64,000 nucleotides of DNA from Paraspadella gotoi (Eukaryota > Animalia > Chaetognatha): the NCBI GenBank assembly GCA_051294375.1, contig CM119269.1:12618790-12682789 (forward strand), given 5' to 3'. The notes under the pieces are model-generated. The model was not told where the DNA came from and ran no database searches. It worked only from the letters and a program-made list of their open reading frames with translations. Below, piece by piece: positions 1 through 13,800 of the stretch. Every line of letters starts with the position of its first letter. Within the stretch, counting starts at the first letter, position 1. Both the position numbers and the translations under genes were made by a program.

Positions 1-1034
1 GAGCTGAAGTGGAAGGGCAAAACTAAAATGCGATTATAAAGAATTGAGAATAAACACGATTTAAAAGAACAAGACAAGAAAAAAAAAAGAATAAATTTAA
101 TGAAAGAAGCTAGAAAGGAAATTAAAAGTAAAAGTAAGTTCAGGAAATCCCCGTTCCATGAGGTAAGTTCCCGCTTCTATAGCAGGAATTTATGCTCTTT
201 TAAGCAGGTGAAGATTAAAAAAAAAGTTTTTTTACAATATTCAACGCATCGTGTTGACAGCCTGGTAAAAGGTTGGCCAATAAACCAAACTTAGTTCACT
301 TCCAAGAAGATACATCTGAAATTCCATTTGGCTTAACTGACTCTATTCAAGGCGACATAATAGAGCAATTGACACAAAGATAATACAAGAATCCCTAAAC
401 ACACATCACTTTATTATTCTTACCGGGGGAAGGGAATAAAGAGAGATATATTACGAGAAATATATCATGATTATTTATTCCACGGTTTCTGTCTGAAGAC
501 CGCAGAGGAAGGAAGCAAGTTTGAAACCAACGTTCAGGCGTCTATTTTGCGTTTTGTTGCGGCCCAGGGATTCTGGGGACAGGGAGGATGTGTTCATGTG
601 TTTTTTTTTTTTGTTTGTGTTTTCGTTTTAATTCGGCCGACTTTTTATCGCTTTGTTTAAAAATATCCAGAGAATCAGAAGTTTGTGTAGCTGAATTCAC
701 GATTTTTTTTTCTGGGGACGTTGGCGTGGTCAGTCTTGTAGTGCCTTTTTGTTTATATAATTTTTTTTTTTTTTCGTTTAGTTTGTTTTTCTTTTCGCAG
801 CTTCAGACGATAAAAAGAGAGAAAAGTGTTTCTTCCTAATTTTTTTGTCGCTTATGTCGCGAATAGTGTCTTCCACGAATATTTATAATATTATATATAG
901 GGTTATATAATTTACATAACGTCATGTATATAATTTCTTAGTTTTTCAGGTTGGGTTGTTAGCGAGATCGGAACTACCAAGCTGGTTTAGCGAATGCCTT
1001 GGCGAGTCCTTAGGAGAGTGACGCTTGAGCTAAT

Positions 1035-1265
1035 GAAATGGTTTTTCTTTGAGATATGCCCTAAAAAGAAAATGGTTTTTTCTTTGAGATATGCCCTAAA
1101 AAAAAGGTTTTTCTTTGAGATATGCCCTAAAAAGAAAATGGTTTTTGTTTAAGATATTCCCTGAAAAAATGTTTTTTCTTTGAGATATGCCCTAAAAAAA
1201 TGGTTTTCTTTAAAGATATGCTCTAAAAAGAAATGGTTTTTCTTTGAGGTAAGCCCTAAAAGAAA
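1035..1265. repeat. Minisatellite, ~30-37 bp unit (GAAATGGTTTTTCTTTGAGATATGCCCTAAAAA), about 6 copies
   Basis: Unit repeats directly in tandem, with variable A/T run lengths. Confidence 0.9.
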
Positions 1266-2159
1266 TAACGAGTATTAAATTAAAATCTGAGTTTTTTAAA
1301 CTAGTTTTAAACTTTATTATTATTTTATTATTCTTTTATTATTCTTTTCGCTAGCGGAGTGATGTAAAAAATATTTTTATGATTCTGCCTTCGGTAATAA
1401 TGTTTCCTTACTTCTTATATGTTCTAAGGTTTTAAAAGGTATCAAAGAACAGGCTATGTCTTTGTGTAATAAACATTTCAAGTTTTTGCATATTTAAGTG
1501 CTTTTGTTTTTTTGTTTTTTTGTTTTTTGGTTATTTTTTTTTGCTATATCCTTTGATTAGCGAGAGGTACACCAGAAAATTATTTTATAAATTATCACTT
1601 TATTGGTGTTAAAAAACAGAAAACTGATCAATCAATGCCTGCTCCTTGTTTTTAAATCATTTTTTAATCACTACTAGGTAAAAACAAAAAGTGAAAATTG
1701 TTTTTTACTTTACAATAAAAAAAGTTTTCCGCCCTCCCCCCAACAAAAAAAAAGGCAGGAAAAAAATGGCTCCCAAAAAAAAATCGTTTTTTGCTCTTCA
1801 GCCTTTTTTGTTGTAAAATGGTAATTTCCTTCGCGTTTCTTCGAGAATTTATAATTTTGAGACTTGATCGACTACAGTTGCGAGTTGCCACCGCAACTAG
1901 TTGTGCAGCAACCAGTTGCGATTGGCAACAGCAACCGTTATCGCAGCCCGGCTCTGATTTTCGTCGTGCGTCGATCCAAATCCTTTTTTTTTAATTCGTC
2001 GTCGTCGTCGTCGTTTTTCTTTTTTTTTTTTTTTTTTTTGGTTTATATTTATATATTTATTTATATATTTTCACGTGACCGAGACGAACGAATATAATTT
2101 CTCTTTATTTTTTCTTTCGAAGGAGAGGAAGTTGTTGGTTAATTTTTTTTTTTAAATCC

Positions 2160-2420
2160 CCGATGTGACGGTTTTGAGATGAAGACAGCGGTCCACAATT
2201 CCGCGTCCGTCTGTCTCTCGCCCCCTTTTTCCTCTATCTCACGAATCTCTCTCTCTCGCTCACTCCGCGAGAGTCCGAGAGAAGAGAATTCGTGGCACGC
2301 CCCCTGACGTCGTCCGGAAACGCGGGTGACGTCAAAGGCGACGCGGTCGGGTCACGTGATCATCTGCCGTGCGGGGGCTCGTGACTGCAGCGAAATGGGG
2401 AGGTGAAGAGTAATCGGGGT
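2160..2420. promoter_or_regulatory. CpG-rich promoter-like island with CRE, E-box and ETS motifs
   Basis: GC/CpG-rich patch in AT-rich DNA containing TGACGTCA (2327-2334), GTCACGTGA (2351-2359) and CCGGAA. No associated CDS identified. Confidence 0.4.
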
Positions 2421-4329
2421 CGTGAGTGTTGAAAAAAAATTAAATTTACGGGGAAAGGAAATGAGACATTAAATTATTAACGTAATTAAATAATTATGGA
2501 GTGACAATCAAAACAATAACCTTAAACTGAGTAAAACGACAACGACAAACGAAAAAGATAAAGATAAATATATTTAAATCATTGATATTATCAGTAAAAA
2601 AAAATTGCATTCAAACACCGCGGCATTTTAAAATACTTCAAATAATGCTGTTTCGTTTTATTCATACGATACTAACTTTATTTCATTTTATAATTGGCAT
2701 CAGCGCTGGTCTCTTATATCCGCCAAAATTAGCCATAGCCGATGAAATTTAAAATGCTAAATGTATACAGCGTTTAAAAAATCAATTATCATGACCATAG
2801 ATTATGGTATTAAAATATTTTTTGTCAAAAAGCTTTCTTCTGAGGGTACTCGCCTTAATTAAAAATATTATATTATACTTATAGCAGCAGAAAATTTTTT
2901 TTTTAAATCTTTAAAATTTTTTGTATCGGATTCTGATAGAGCATAAAAAGTTAAACCAAGAAATATAATTACAGCCTTTTAAAAATTTCTTACGTTTTCT
3001 AAGTGAAAATATAAAAAAACTGATAAAATCATCGAAAGATGATGATGATGATGATTTTTTATAGTTTTTCTTTATTTTTACACATCTTATCGTAAAAATA
3101 GTTTAAAAAAAGAGAATCATACTTTGTGTAGACAAACTTTTTTGAGCTATCTGAATCTGGTGCTTAAAATTTAAAAAATTCAAAAAAAAATTTTGGCCTT
3201 TGCCTATCTATAAATAAATATTAAAAAAAATATTACTTAGGGTATAGAGCCATATTAGAATTATTTGTTCCATTTGAAAGTATTCTTAAAAATGTCTAAA
3301 TATTCGTTTGGGAGCATGTACTCCTGCAAAATTTTCTGGACTCACCCCATTGAGTGCGGCTACCCCTAACCAAAATCTTTTGTTTTGAGAAATAATTTTT
3401 TTAATTTCGATTTCGAGAAAAATGCGAAAAATGATAGCCATTTGAGAAAATCACGGATACCGAATTTAATAAAACATTATGAATGAAGATAAGGTATCGA
3501 AGGCTAAAAAAAATAAGAGAGAGAGACGAGAAGAGAGAGAGAGAGAGAGAGAGAGAAGAGGAGAGAGGAGATGAGGGAGAAGAGAGAGAGAGAGAAGAAG
3601 AAAGAAAAAGAAAGAGGGAAAGAAAGAAAGAAAAAAGAAAAAAAGAAGGATGAAAGAAAAAAGGAGAAAAAGAGAGCTTTCTTGAGCAGCTCTTAAAAAA
3701 GCCCGATCGAATTTTTTCTTATCTGTTAAATGTTGACAAAATTGAGATTTGGAATTCGCGATTCGAGCCTCAGAAATTCAGAGTAGAAGATATGAAGTCA
3801 AAAGAAAATGAATTCAATAAATAAATATGAAAAAAAAATTACGATGCTATTCAAAAAAGATGAATTTAGTTTACTTTAAAAACTTGATTAAGGTTACCAA
3901 TCCAAACCTTTTACCAATATCAATTTAAAAAAAGAAATAATTTTGCTGCAGAAGCCTAAAACGGGTTGTCTCTTCCTTGACTGAAGCCAGTAACCAGTGA
4001 ACACTGAGAGATGCAGGAAACAACAATCCATGCTCTACTGTCGTCTCAAAGGTTAAGCGAGGCGAAGTTTCCTGAGAAGAAACTTTTACTTCGTCACAAA
4101 AATTCGTCACCGACCGTCATGCAGGCTTGAGCTAAAAGATTTTTCACACGTTCTCCGTCGTGCTCTTAAGATTTCATCTTAGTTTTTTTTTTTTATATAT
4201 TTTACCGAAAAGCAGAAAACGGAGACGAGAAAGAGAGAGACGATGAGAGAGAGAAGAGAGAGAAGATGGAGAGACTGAGAGAGACGGAGCAGAGAGAGAG
4301 TGATGAGTGAGAGAGTGAGAGTGAGAGAG

Positions 4330-4354
4330 NNNNNNNNNNNNNNNNNNNNNNNNN
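4330..4354. other. Assembly gap of 25 N (identical gaps at 9942-9966 and 10850-10874)
   Basis: Three runs of exactly 25 N, each abutting a GA or poly-C tract. Confidence 0.98.
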
Positions 4355-4461
4355 AGAGAGGATTTAGTTTGTTGAATCTTTATTTCTTAATTCGATTATC
4401 TGCGGCGACGACGTCGACCGCCTTCGAACGAAAAAGACTCAACGGAGGCGAGAGGCCAACG

Positions 4462-4522
4462 GCGGAGGCGAAAAGCGGAGGCGAAAAGCGGAGGCGAAAA
4501 GCGGAGGCGAAAAGCGGAGGCG
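4462..4522. repeat. 13-bp tandem repeat GCGGAGGCGAAAA, ~4.7 copies
   Basis: Perfect copies start at 4462, 4475, 4488 and 4501; a partial copy starts at 4514. Confidence 0.92.
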
Positions 4523-5864
4523 GAAGCGATGAGGGTTCGATAATCTTAAGAGAGGCCGGAGCCGGAGATTAGGTCACGTGACTGTGGCACCGGTCAACGA
4601 ACTTGTGGTTTAAAAGGAACAACAAACAAGAAAACGATTAGAGAAAGAAAAAGACGTCAACAAACAAGAATCGGCGAACGCGTACCTTTTGTTTTCTTTC
4701 TTTTAAATTCTTTAGATTTAACCTTAAAATTTGAGTACCACACTAAGCCGAAAATTTTGAATTAGCCTTAGATTTAACCTAGTAATTTATATTTTGCCTT
4801 AGATTTAACCCTAAGATTAATAAGATTTTAGTAAATTTATCCCAGGAGTATATTTACTCGGGGATCTTTAATCCATTTAAACTCCCCTTATTCTTTACAA
4901 TAAATTAAATCCGGTCTCAAACAAAAGACTCTGCTTACGTGAAGACGAACCACTTCTTTAAAGGCAAGAGCACGGTGCGGGTTCATTGCACGTCTAAGCA
5001 TCGATCCGTTTATATCAAAGGATGAAGCACGATTAAAGGTCACAGGCATTCCATCTATTTGTTGCGGGCGGTTAACTTAACTCAACTTTTAGTAGACTTT
5101 TTTAAAAAAATTACATAATAAAAAAAGACATTTGTCTCAGATATTATTATCATAAAGCTGTTTGAATGCAAAAAGCATAAGGTTTTTTATACAAATAAAA
5201 AAAGTAAAAAAATAATAAAAAGAAGACAATTTGAAAAATCTTACGTGTTCTTAGAAGCCAGGTTTCAGGTAATCCTTGTAGTAGTTCAATTTGTTTATCT
5301 TCAATTTTTTTTTTAATCACAATAAGTATGGTAAAACGCTTTTTCTCTATTTTTCACGTTGATGTTTTTCTTTTTTTTTTATTTACGATGTTTATTTTGT
5401 TTTTTGTCTTTTTTTAAGTTTTACTCCAGATAATACATAAACAACGTCTAAAGGCCTGTAAAGGGAAATAAGTTAAAGGTTAAATAAGTTTTGGTTTTTA
5501 TCTTTTTTGATGAAGACATCGATACGTAATATTTAGCTTTAATTTGATTAAGACCAGAAGTGCTTCATTACAAGAATCAAAAAGATTTCTGAGAAAAGAT
5601 TGAATAAGATTGTTTAATTATTTATCTCTTTTGCTATATACGATTTGAATTATGCTCTCAACGTCGAATTTCAATTAAGACAGAAAAATAAAAAAAATCT
5701 AAAATAGTTTTATAGATTTTTTGTTAAAAAAGAGACAATAATCACTTATTCAAATTCTGTATATTGTAAAATTAATAAACTGCGAAGTCAGGAAAATGGT
5801 AATTTTAGGCGAAGGCCTGATTCTGTAGCCTGGGTCCGGAAAAAAATTAAAGACCCAAAGTAAC

Positions 5865-5930
<66 letters not shown>

Positions 5931-6087
5931 CTCTCGTTCCGTTGCCTGCGCCGTGCCCGTTGCCACGTTCTTTCCTCAATGGCCGATGGCGTTGCCAGAA
6001 TCTGGTGCAATTCAACGGAATCCAATGCAACGTGGAAGAGGAGTTTCATGAGGAAGAGCGGAATTGGTGCAGAACCGGGCGAAGAAA

Positions 6088-6147
<60 letters not shown>

Positions 6148-7215
6148 CAGAGACGGAGAGAGAGAGACACTAAAGAGAGAGATGAGAAAGACTTTCAATG
6201 CAAACAGATAAGGAAAGGTAAAATAAAAAAGGGCGAAAGTGAAAGAAAGGAAAGAAAGAACAGAAAGACCAAGAAAAGAAGATGAATCGAAAGAAAGAAA
6301 GACAAGAAAGAATGAAAGAAGAAAGGGGAGGGGGTGAGATAAAGGTTTACAAAGAACCTTTATTCCATTCTTCGAATGCTCCGACACCGTTTTGTTTTAG
6401 AGAAGGAGACAGAGAGAAGAGGGAAGGAGGAAAACCGAAACAGTTGCAGAGGGAGGAGAGGAGCATGAGCCGAAGATAAAAAGAAAAAGTACTCGTAGGC
6501 ACGACCGAGAGAATGGGACGTAAGGGGCCCAAGGCCGAATGCGGCACCTGGCAGTGCGCATGCGTGAGTCGTTTTGAGGACGGAGCTGTCATAACGCTGT
6601 GGCTCGTACAATGAATCAAGTTCCAAGAATTAGTAAATTTATATGTTTGACGAGGAGTATGGATAATGGTTATTTCTTGGGCCCAGGATAAATAAGAATA
6701 AATTTAATCTTATTTCCGCGGAATTATCGAAATAGTTTACTTAGTCGGGCTCACGTGACAAGAATCATTCTCTTCTCGTGTACGCTGAAGGAAAGAAAAA
6801 TATTTTTTTATTTCGTTTAAACGTGTTGTATGTATACGGCTTGCCAAGTCGGGAGGCAAGATAAGCTAGTTTATGGAATTAATAATAACTTAATAAGTCA
6901 TTTCTTGCTTTCCCCTTAGGTACACTTAACGCATCCAGATGCACCTCCAGCAGTCAGAATTCTTATCTCCCTTCATCGCAACAGCTTTTATAAACGTTTG
7001 AAAACGACAGATTTTTAATTCAAAATCTAACAGTAATGTCAGATTTTATCAATTTTTTTGTTGTCTTAAGCCCCTGATTTAAAAAAATATTAAAGCAACT
7101 ATTCTGAAAATTCGAAAGGCTTTGACAGGTTATATTATTAGGGTTGCCAGCGAGTAAGTTCATTGAATACCCCGTAGCATCATAACGTTTATTACACATC
7201 ATTTAACAAGATTTA

Positions 7216-7290
7216 TTTTTAGATCCGCGACTCTATAATCCACTTGTCGGTCCGTCGGTCCGCCCACAATGCAATTCTTGCGGGCATTCA
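7216..7290 (+). mobile_element. Probable 5' fragment of a non-autonomous Helentron/HINE (DINE-1-like) element
   Basis: TTTTTAG..CGCGACTCTATAATCCAC followed by a GTCGGTCC microsatellite resembles the usual 5' layout of invertebrate HINEs. Pattern recall only. Confidence 0.45.
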
Positions 7291-8344
7291 CTGATTCATA
7301 TTCAGGACACCCGAATTATGAGTAAATTAGTGAAAAAGAAAACCCAATGTAGTCCGTTTACCGTTCGTCGTCCGAGGTTGTCGTCCGACGTTCCATCCAA
7401 TTATTCGTGATTGGATGGATGGATTGCGAAATTAAATTTTGTGTGGTGAGAAGTGTAGGATGAGGTATGAACATGTATCGTCAAGTAAATAGTATTATAA
7501 TTTAACAATAACAAAATCATGTATATGTGGACGGAACATATAGACTTGCAATTCTTAAACATTAAACTTAGAAACTTGATCCTCGATCTAAGCTGCAGTT
7601 TAAGTTTCTGTGGCAAAACTTGCCTTTGTGAAATATACACATTGTAATAACTAACATCGGAACTTTTATTTCTAATTGATTATAGCTTGTTGAGAAATTT
7701 ATCTTTTTGATTTAAATTAGCGTCCATATGACATATTTAGCGCATTATTAGTGAAGGTATACTGAATTTTTTTAGAGAATTACAAATAATTTCATGATCC
7801 TAGGAAAGAGTAAGAAACAAAAACCTTACTAGATTATGCTTTTTTCTTTTATTAAAAATGCCAAGTATAATTAATCAAAAATAATTAATATTGAATAATA
7901 TACAAATAATTATGGTCAATTATTCAATACAATCTATATTTAATAAATAAAATATTATATTATCTATTAAATTAATTATTCAATCAATCAATTTATTTAT
8001 CAAATTAATTAATCAATTTAATCAGCAATCAGATAAGTCCGAATCGTTATCGGGCATTATTGTCGTCGTCCCAGTGACTAAAAAGACCTAAAAACAAACA
8101 TTTCGAATGAAATTAATTAATTACATTACGCCTAATTAATTTAATTAACTTCAATTAATTATAAACTCTTAATTAATCAAGCCGGTAATATCGAAACGGG
8201 CAGACACTTGTATGCTTAAACTTGTCTGAAATAAAGCAAAAGCAAAGTTACACAGTGTTAAATATTCTTTACAGTTATCCCCGGTACGGACCTGCAAAGC
8301 CTCTGAGATTCGATGGAGGAGAGCGATCTCGGGGTACAGATTTG

Positions 8345-8630
8345 GGAGACCCCCACCTTCCCTGGCTCACCCCTCTAACCACCGGGTAGAGATCAAGTGG
8401 TCCCCCCCTTCCCATGGCCACCTTTCCACCTGGTTAGGATCAGTGTTCCCCCGTTACCCTGGGCCACCCCCCTCTACTGGGTAAGAGATCAGGTGGTCGA
8501 CAGCTGGTGTTTCAGAGCCTTTGGACATGTCGACCCCATGGTCAGGTGGCCATCTCTCCAAGCCGGGAGAGAGATCAGGGTTCCCCCATTCCCTGGCCAC
8601 CTCTCACCGGGTCAGGGATCAATGGTCAAT
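8345..8630. repeat. Degenerate GC-rich minisatellite, ~45-50 bp unit (CCCCCTTCCCTGGCCACC..CCGGGT..GAGATCAGG), about 5 copies
   Basis: Recurring CCCTGGCCACC and GAGATCAG(G)TGG motifs, with many indels between copies. Confidence 0.7.
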
Positions 8631-9966
8631 AAGGCGTAGTGAAGTTATCATGAATCTACTAAAGTCAATTATGAACACATACCATCAGTGAACATTAATT
8701 TTGCTAAAAAAAATTAATTTTATGCTATTTTTTTTTTGCAGTAGTGTATTATTATATATAAGTACTAATCCTATAAAAATCGAAAATAATCAAAATCAGG
8801 CACTTTCATTCTTAATTTTGATATTGCAGATTGAATTCACCTCGTCAAAAGTTGATGAAAGCAATAATTCAATCTCATTTTTAAAAATTCTTTCCATTAA
8901 GTGGGAGTTAACAAATTAAAAAACTCATATTTTAATATATAAACGTTATTTTCAGTTTCAAAATATAGCTTTTCTCAATTTTGGAACCATTAATGAGGAA
9001 TCTTTTCAAAAAGCAAGTTGTACAATTATCTCTTTTAATCATACTTTTTATGACCGAAATCCAAATCTGCAAAAAAATAGCTTTAGAAAAACTGTTTTGG
9101 AAATTTTTAAATTTTATTGGTTCAGTACTAGTGATAATAATGCGCCTACTGCGTAAATTGTAAAATTTTATTATAAATTCTTTTTTATACATAACACTGT
9201 TCATAAAGTAATCCCCCCATGTTGTTCGTCTCCTCAACTCCTAGAATTCTTAATAATAAAGTTGAACATTTAACGGAATTTTTACTACGTCCTATAATCG
9301 GTCATCCTTGGCAAATGCAACCACACTCACTAGATGTCAAACCGGTTTCTTCTGGCCTCTTCTATACCACACCACTCACGCAGAACAGTGTCGCTTTCTC
9401 TGGCAACCACTGAATAGATCAGTATCGATGAACTTCCATTTACTTGCTTCCTTCGAACTGGCCGGTGGTAATCCCTCACCCACCCTTCTTCAAGTAACCT
9501 CTTGCGTGTAAGTGAATCCTTTGCCGCCTAAGTTCACCCCGATCAGGGAAAGGGGGAAGAAGAAAGAAGTTATGTCCAAACAGCCGGGTTGCCTGTATGC
9601 CCATCTGGGAACGGTCTCGCTTTTAAGGCCCCAACGCAGAGGGGAGTCGTTAGAAACTGTTGATGGAACACAAACGCCTGGATGCGTGCGTTCCCCCTTT
9701 GAGCCAATGGGATTGGTGAACGACGGTGAGACTGAGGCGTGTGAATATACACACCAAAAACGTCCCTAGACCCGCATTTGTTCATACTTCACCGATCACG
9801 TTTACTCCTCTTGGTTTTTTCCGAGGTGACGAGCGATGGCCACGCTCTTGCCAGTCGCCCCGAGCCGATGAAGATGACGACGACGACCCGCCCGAAGAAG
9901 CGTCCGACGCGCCGCCAGAGCCGAGCGTCCTGCAGCAACATNNNNNNNNNNNNNNNNNNNNNNNNN

Positions 9967-10002
<36 letters not shown>

Positions 10003-10899
10003 ATCGCGAGAGAGAGCTACAAAATCAGTTTCGGCGCATTTCATGGAAGAATTGATTCTGAAAACTAATTATGTTCTTCATTGTTTTTGTGAATCTTCTT
10101 CTTTCTCCTTTCTTCCGCTATTCATCCTCTGTCCCTAATATTATTTAATGTAGGTCTAATGCAAATTTTTCTACTTTCAAATGAATATTAGGTTTATTCA
10201 AAAATCTCCGGATATATGTACATTGTACATTGTCCATTGTACAATGTACTAGATTTCCCGGTTTTTTTATTCAATTGTCGCAACCAATTGTAACGCTGAC
10301 TTCGTAACAACTGTTGCGACTTGTCAATATTTGGTTCCGGAGCAACTTTTGTTTATCGGAAAGAAATGCCTTTGTGAAACGAAAATGTAAATTCCCAAGA
10401 CTTCGAATATTGCAATCATCTTATTACATCCATTCTGAAGCGGGCATTTCCCAGGTTCGCCTGGCAATTAATATCGGTTACTCAGTCGTGATCCGTTGAC
10501 TCATTGAGTAATGAGTATAGCTATCCGCTCATGATCTTGAAGTACCGCATTCAATCCCAACCCCGTGTGGACGGCCCTCAGCTGCCTCGGAGGCGTAGAG
10601 ACCCCCCCCCACAACATCTGGTTCCAACCCTAGGACCCTTTCCGGACATGCCCATTGCTCAACGGTTAAAGAAAAATCTTATTTTTAAATGATTTTTCGG
10701 TTTTGTATCTCAATTCTCTCCGCTACATCATCTTCCCATTCGCATCATTCCGCAACATTCCGTATCATTGTTTTCCGTTTTCTCTTCCATTTCCACCTCA
10801 TTCCATTCCTAACGAGACAAGACAACATTGTTTATATTTCTCCCCCCCCNNNNNNNNNNNNNNNNNNNNNNNNNAAAGAGAGAGATTGAGCCAAAGCAT

Positions 10900-13800
10900 G
10901 TTAGGTTTTAATGACGGATTAGTGTGGCAAGCTACAACTTTGGCTTGGAATCGTAGAAGAGTTCGTAGTCATGATTATTTTTTTTATTATAAATAAGTCC
11001 TTATATAAGAACATTAAAAAATCTTTTCTGAAAGCGTTTTCGATTTGCAGGGGCGCTCTCAGTGCTCTGGACTCTCTCTCTATCTCATTCGGGCAGAGAG
11101 GGCCGGACGAAAACCATACGGAATCCAAGGGGCGTGAAACTATCGCGGTTTGCGACTTCAGAGCGAAGAAAGTGGCGCAAACGCAAGCGAAGATGAAAGG
11201 CTGTGGCGAAAATTCCTAGAAAAGAAAGAAGAAAGGCCAAATCGCAAGTCAAAATCGTAAGCCCCTCCTCAGACAATTCGTCGGAAAACTAAAGCCCGAT
11301 CTGCTATGGGTCAAGCAGAGGTCGAAGAGAGTTGACCCTGATGTCAAAACCCAAAATGGAAGGCCACGATGGAAGGTTTGGTATAGAGTAAGAAGGGAGA
11401 AATATACGCCACTTTAGGAGATACGGCTGTACCAAGAGTTGTATAAGCGAAGGAATTCTTGAGAGAGAATCCCTCAATTAAGGACCGAAGCTTTCGCGCC
11501 CTTTTCGACAAAAGGCAGCGATCAATGGGCACTCGTGTCTTGACTATTGGTATAGTCAATGTCAAATTTAGATTAACAACACTTATTAACGAATGAATTT
11601 AGAGTAGTTAAAAGGCTTGTTCAACCATCATCTTGGGATGGATTTCTTTTCGAAAATATTCGGGCTTCACTCTGCCCCCCGAAGGCCAAATTAAATTTTC
11701 TGGGAAACCATTCTGCCGCCTCTCATCGAAGATTCGCATCGCATCTCAAGGAAGGCTTTTGATCAAGTTCTAAGGAAGATATAAGTGATTCCGGGTCTCT
11801 CAAAGATGGCACTTCGATGCCGAATTAAAATTGATGCGTGTCATCCCCTACGTGCAACCAGACTGCGTCACAGATTCCTTTCCTCAATCACGGAGGAGCA
11901 TGTCTGGGCTTGCAGAGCATGTGCCCATGTTGATGAAGGAAGGTTTTATGACCGAATCATCAACTGCAAAGCCCCTCAGCATGAAACTAGAAGCCTGGAA
12001 CCACATTCTTGGTCTATGCCGAATTTTCCGATGACGAAACCTTCACAGTTGTTTTCTGTAGAAAACGGATATGCTTGTTTTATTCAAGCGCCGATCAGGC
12101 TTTGAGTCTGCCAATGATGAAGAAAATTGCGAGAGGATCGAGATAGATCCTCTCCAAAGCGCCCGCTTGTAAGGACGCGGTGCAAAGAAAATTCTACACC
12201 AAAGAAAGATGACGATATCCCTGCGGTGGCAAAAAGATTATCCTTGGACTAATTCTGGATTAGCCAAAGAAGCTATCCTTATAAAGATAGGCTTAAAGAA
12301 CTTCTCTGAGCAGAGCATGAAGAAAGCCTTTTTCAAAAACATAACCGAGATTATGGCAATGTGACAACCTATTCAATAACAGAACGCAAATCTTAAAGAC
12401 AGAGATGCTCTCAGCCATCGCAGTTGCTCCTTATCGTAACAATGACGAGAATTTGAGAGAAGTGATCGACAAACAAGCTTTTGAAATGATCGTCAGATGG
12501 CTTATATCAGTCTATGCAACAACGGTCCGTTTTCGTGGCTCCAATACCTGGCCTGGTGCAAAACAAACTCAGTTGGTCTAGTTTTAGAAAGTATGATATA
12601 GGTGCGACAAGGTCGTATATCCTTTTGTCAAGTCGATTGAAGATTCTCTTTCAAAACGTCACTTGAAAGCCCTAAAGATTTCTTCAGTTCTATGGATTTT
12701 GACAAAGGGATTTTTTGGCAAATCCCATTTCATCCGATTGATTTTCGAAAGTTCTATTGCATTCTCTGATCGAGTCCTAGTGCATGCTCTGTAATATCAA
12801 AGTCGCGCCAATGGGCGCGCAAAAATATCGCCAAGCTGCCTCAGCTCACTCAGTGTTCGCATGCTTGTATCTACGTGTCCTGCCACCCTTCACCTATAAG
12901 ACATCCGGATGATATTTATATTGGTATGTACATCGTAGCATCTTTGGTGACAGTAAATGATGCATTCTCAAGCACATTGATCAGGTGTTAACAGCCATGT
13001 TCTGGTGCTGTCGTGACTAAGCTAAACCCCTTCAAGTGCAAAGTTTGCGCAAGAGTCAGTGGTCTGCCTTGGCCACAAATACTCGCTCGTGATGGGATAG
13101 CCCTGATCTGCCCGCTGACTGTCGAGAATGATCCGTTTCTTGGAAAACCCCCCCAGAAAATGTCAAATCGTCTAAGAACCTTTTCTTGGCTTTACTGGGG
13201 TATTATTCGTCAATTATGTAAAGACATAGTAAAACTTGCCGAAGCACTCTTCCACCCTATATTTAATCGTTGTATACGGTGTTGAGTGGTGCTTGGTAGA
13301 AGAACGCATCAAAAAGCCTTTGAGAGTCTTAAAGAATCTTGCTCTCTGACCAAGTTTATTGAAAGCTACCGCGTAATTGTTACACAAACCTTTATTTTTA
13401 GTGAAAAGCGAGTGCCTGTTCGCTTTTAGCGTATGGCTATGTCTTACTCAAGGAATAGATGGAATGGAAAGAAAGTCATTTGTCAATATGGCTCCATAAA
13501 AGTTGTTCTAAATCCGCAACAAAAATGGTCAACCTATCGATCGCGAGTTCTTTGCACTATTGTCGCGCTTAATTCGCTGGCGCGAACCTCACATATCTGT
13601 TGAGAACATTCTTTCCTTTTAATCCGCTGTAACCGATCACGACACTCTCATCTGAAAACGACCTAAAGAAAGATGACACATGTCGATCGACAAGATGAGG
13701 CCATCAGGCTCGATCAGAACGACGTTGAGCTCCTATACACAACAAGGCAAAAATTCATTCGGTATAGCCGACGGCTCATGAGCAGAAAGATGGAAAGAAG

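Noticed and set aside
5942-6625. Cys-rich peptides (CPLPRSFLNGRWRC.., CGTWQCAC) suggesting a sushi-like exon pair
   Set aside because: No consistent splice sites and no complete domain pattern.
9250-9940. GC-richer block with several overlapping short ORFs
   Set aside because: No recognisable protein motif in the frames examined; it abuts a gap and may be unpolished repeat.
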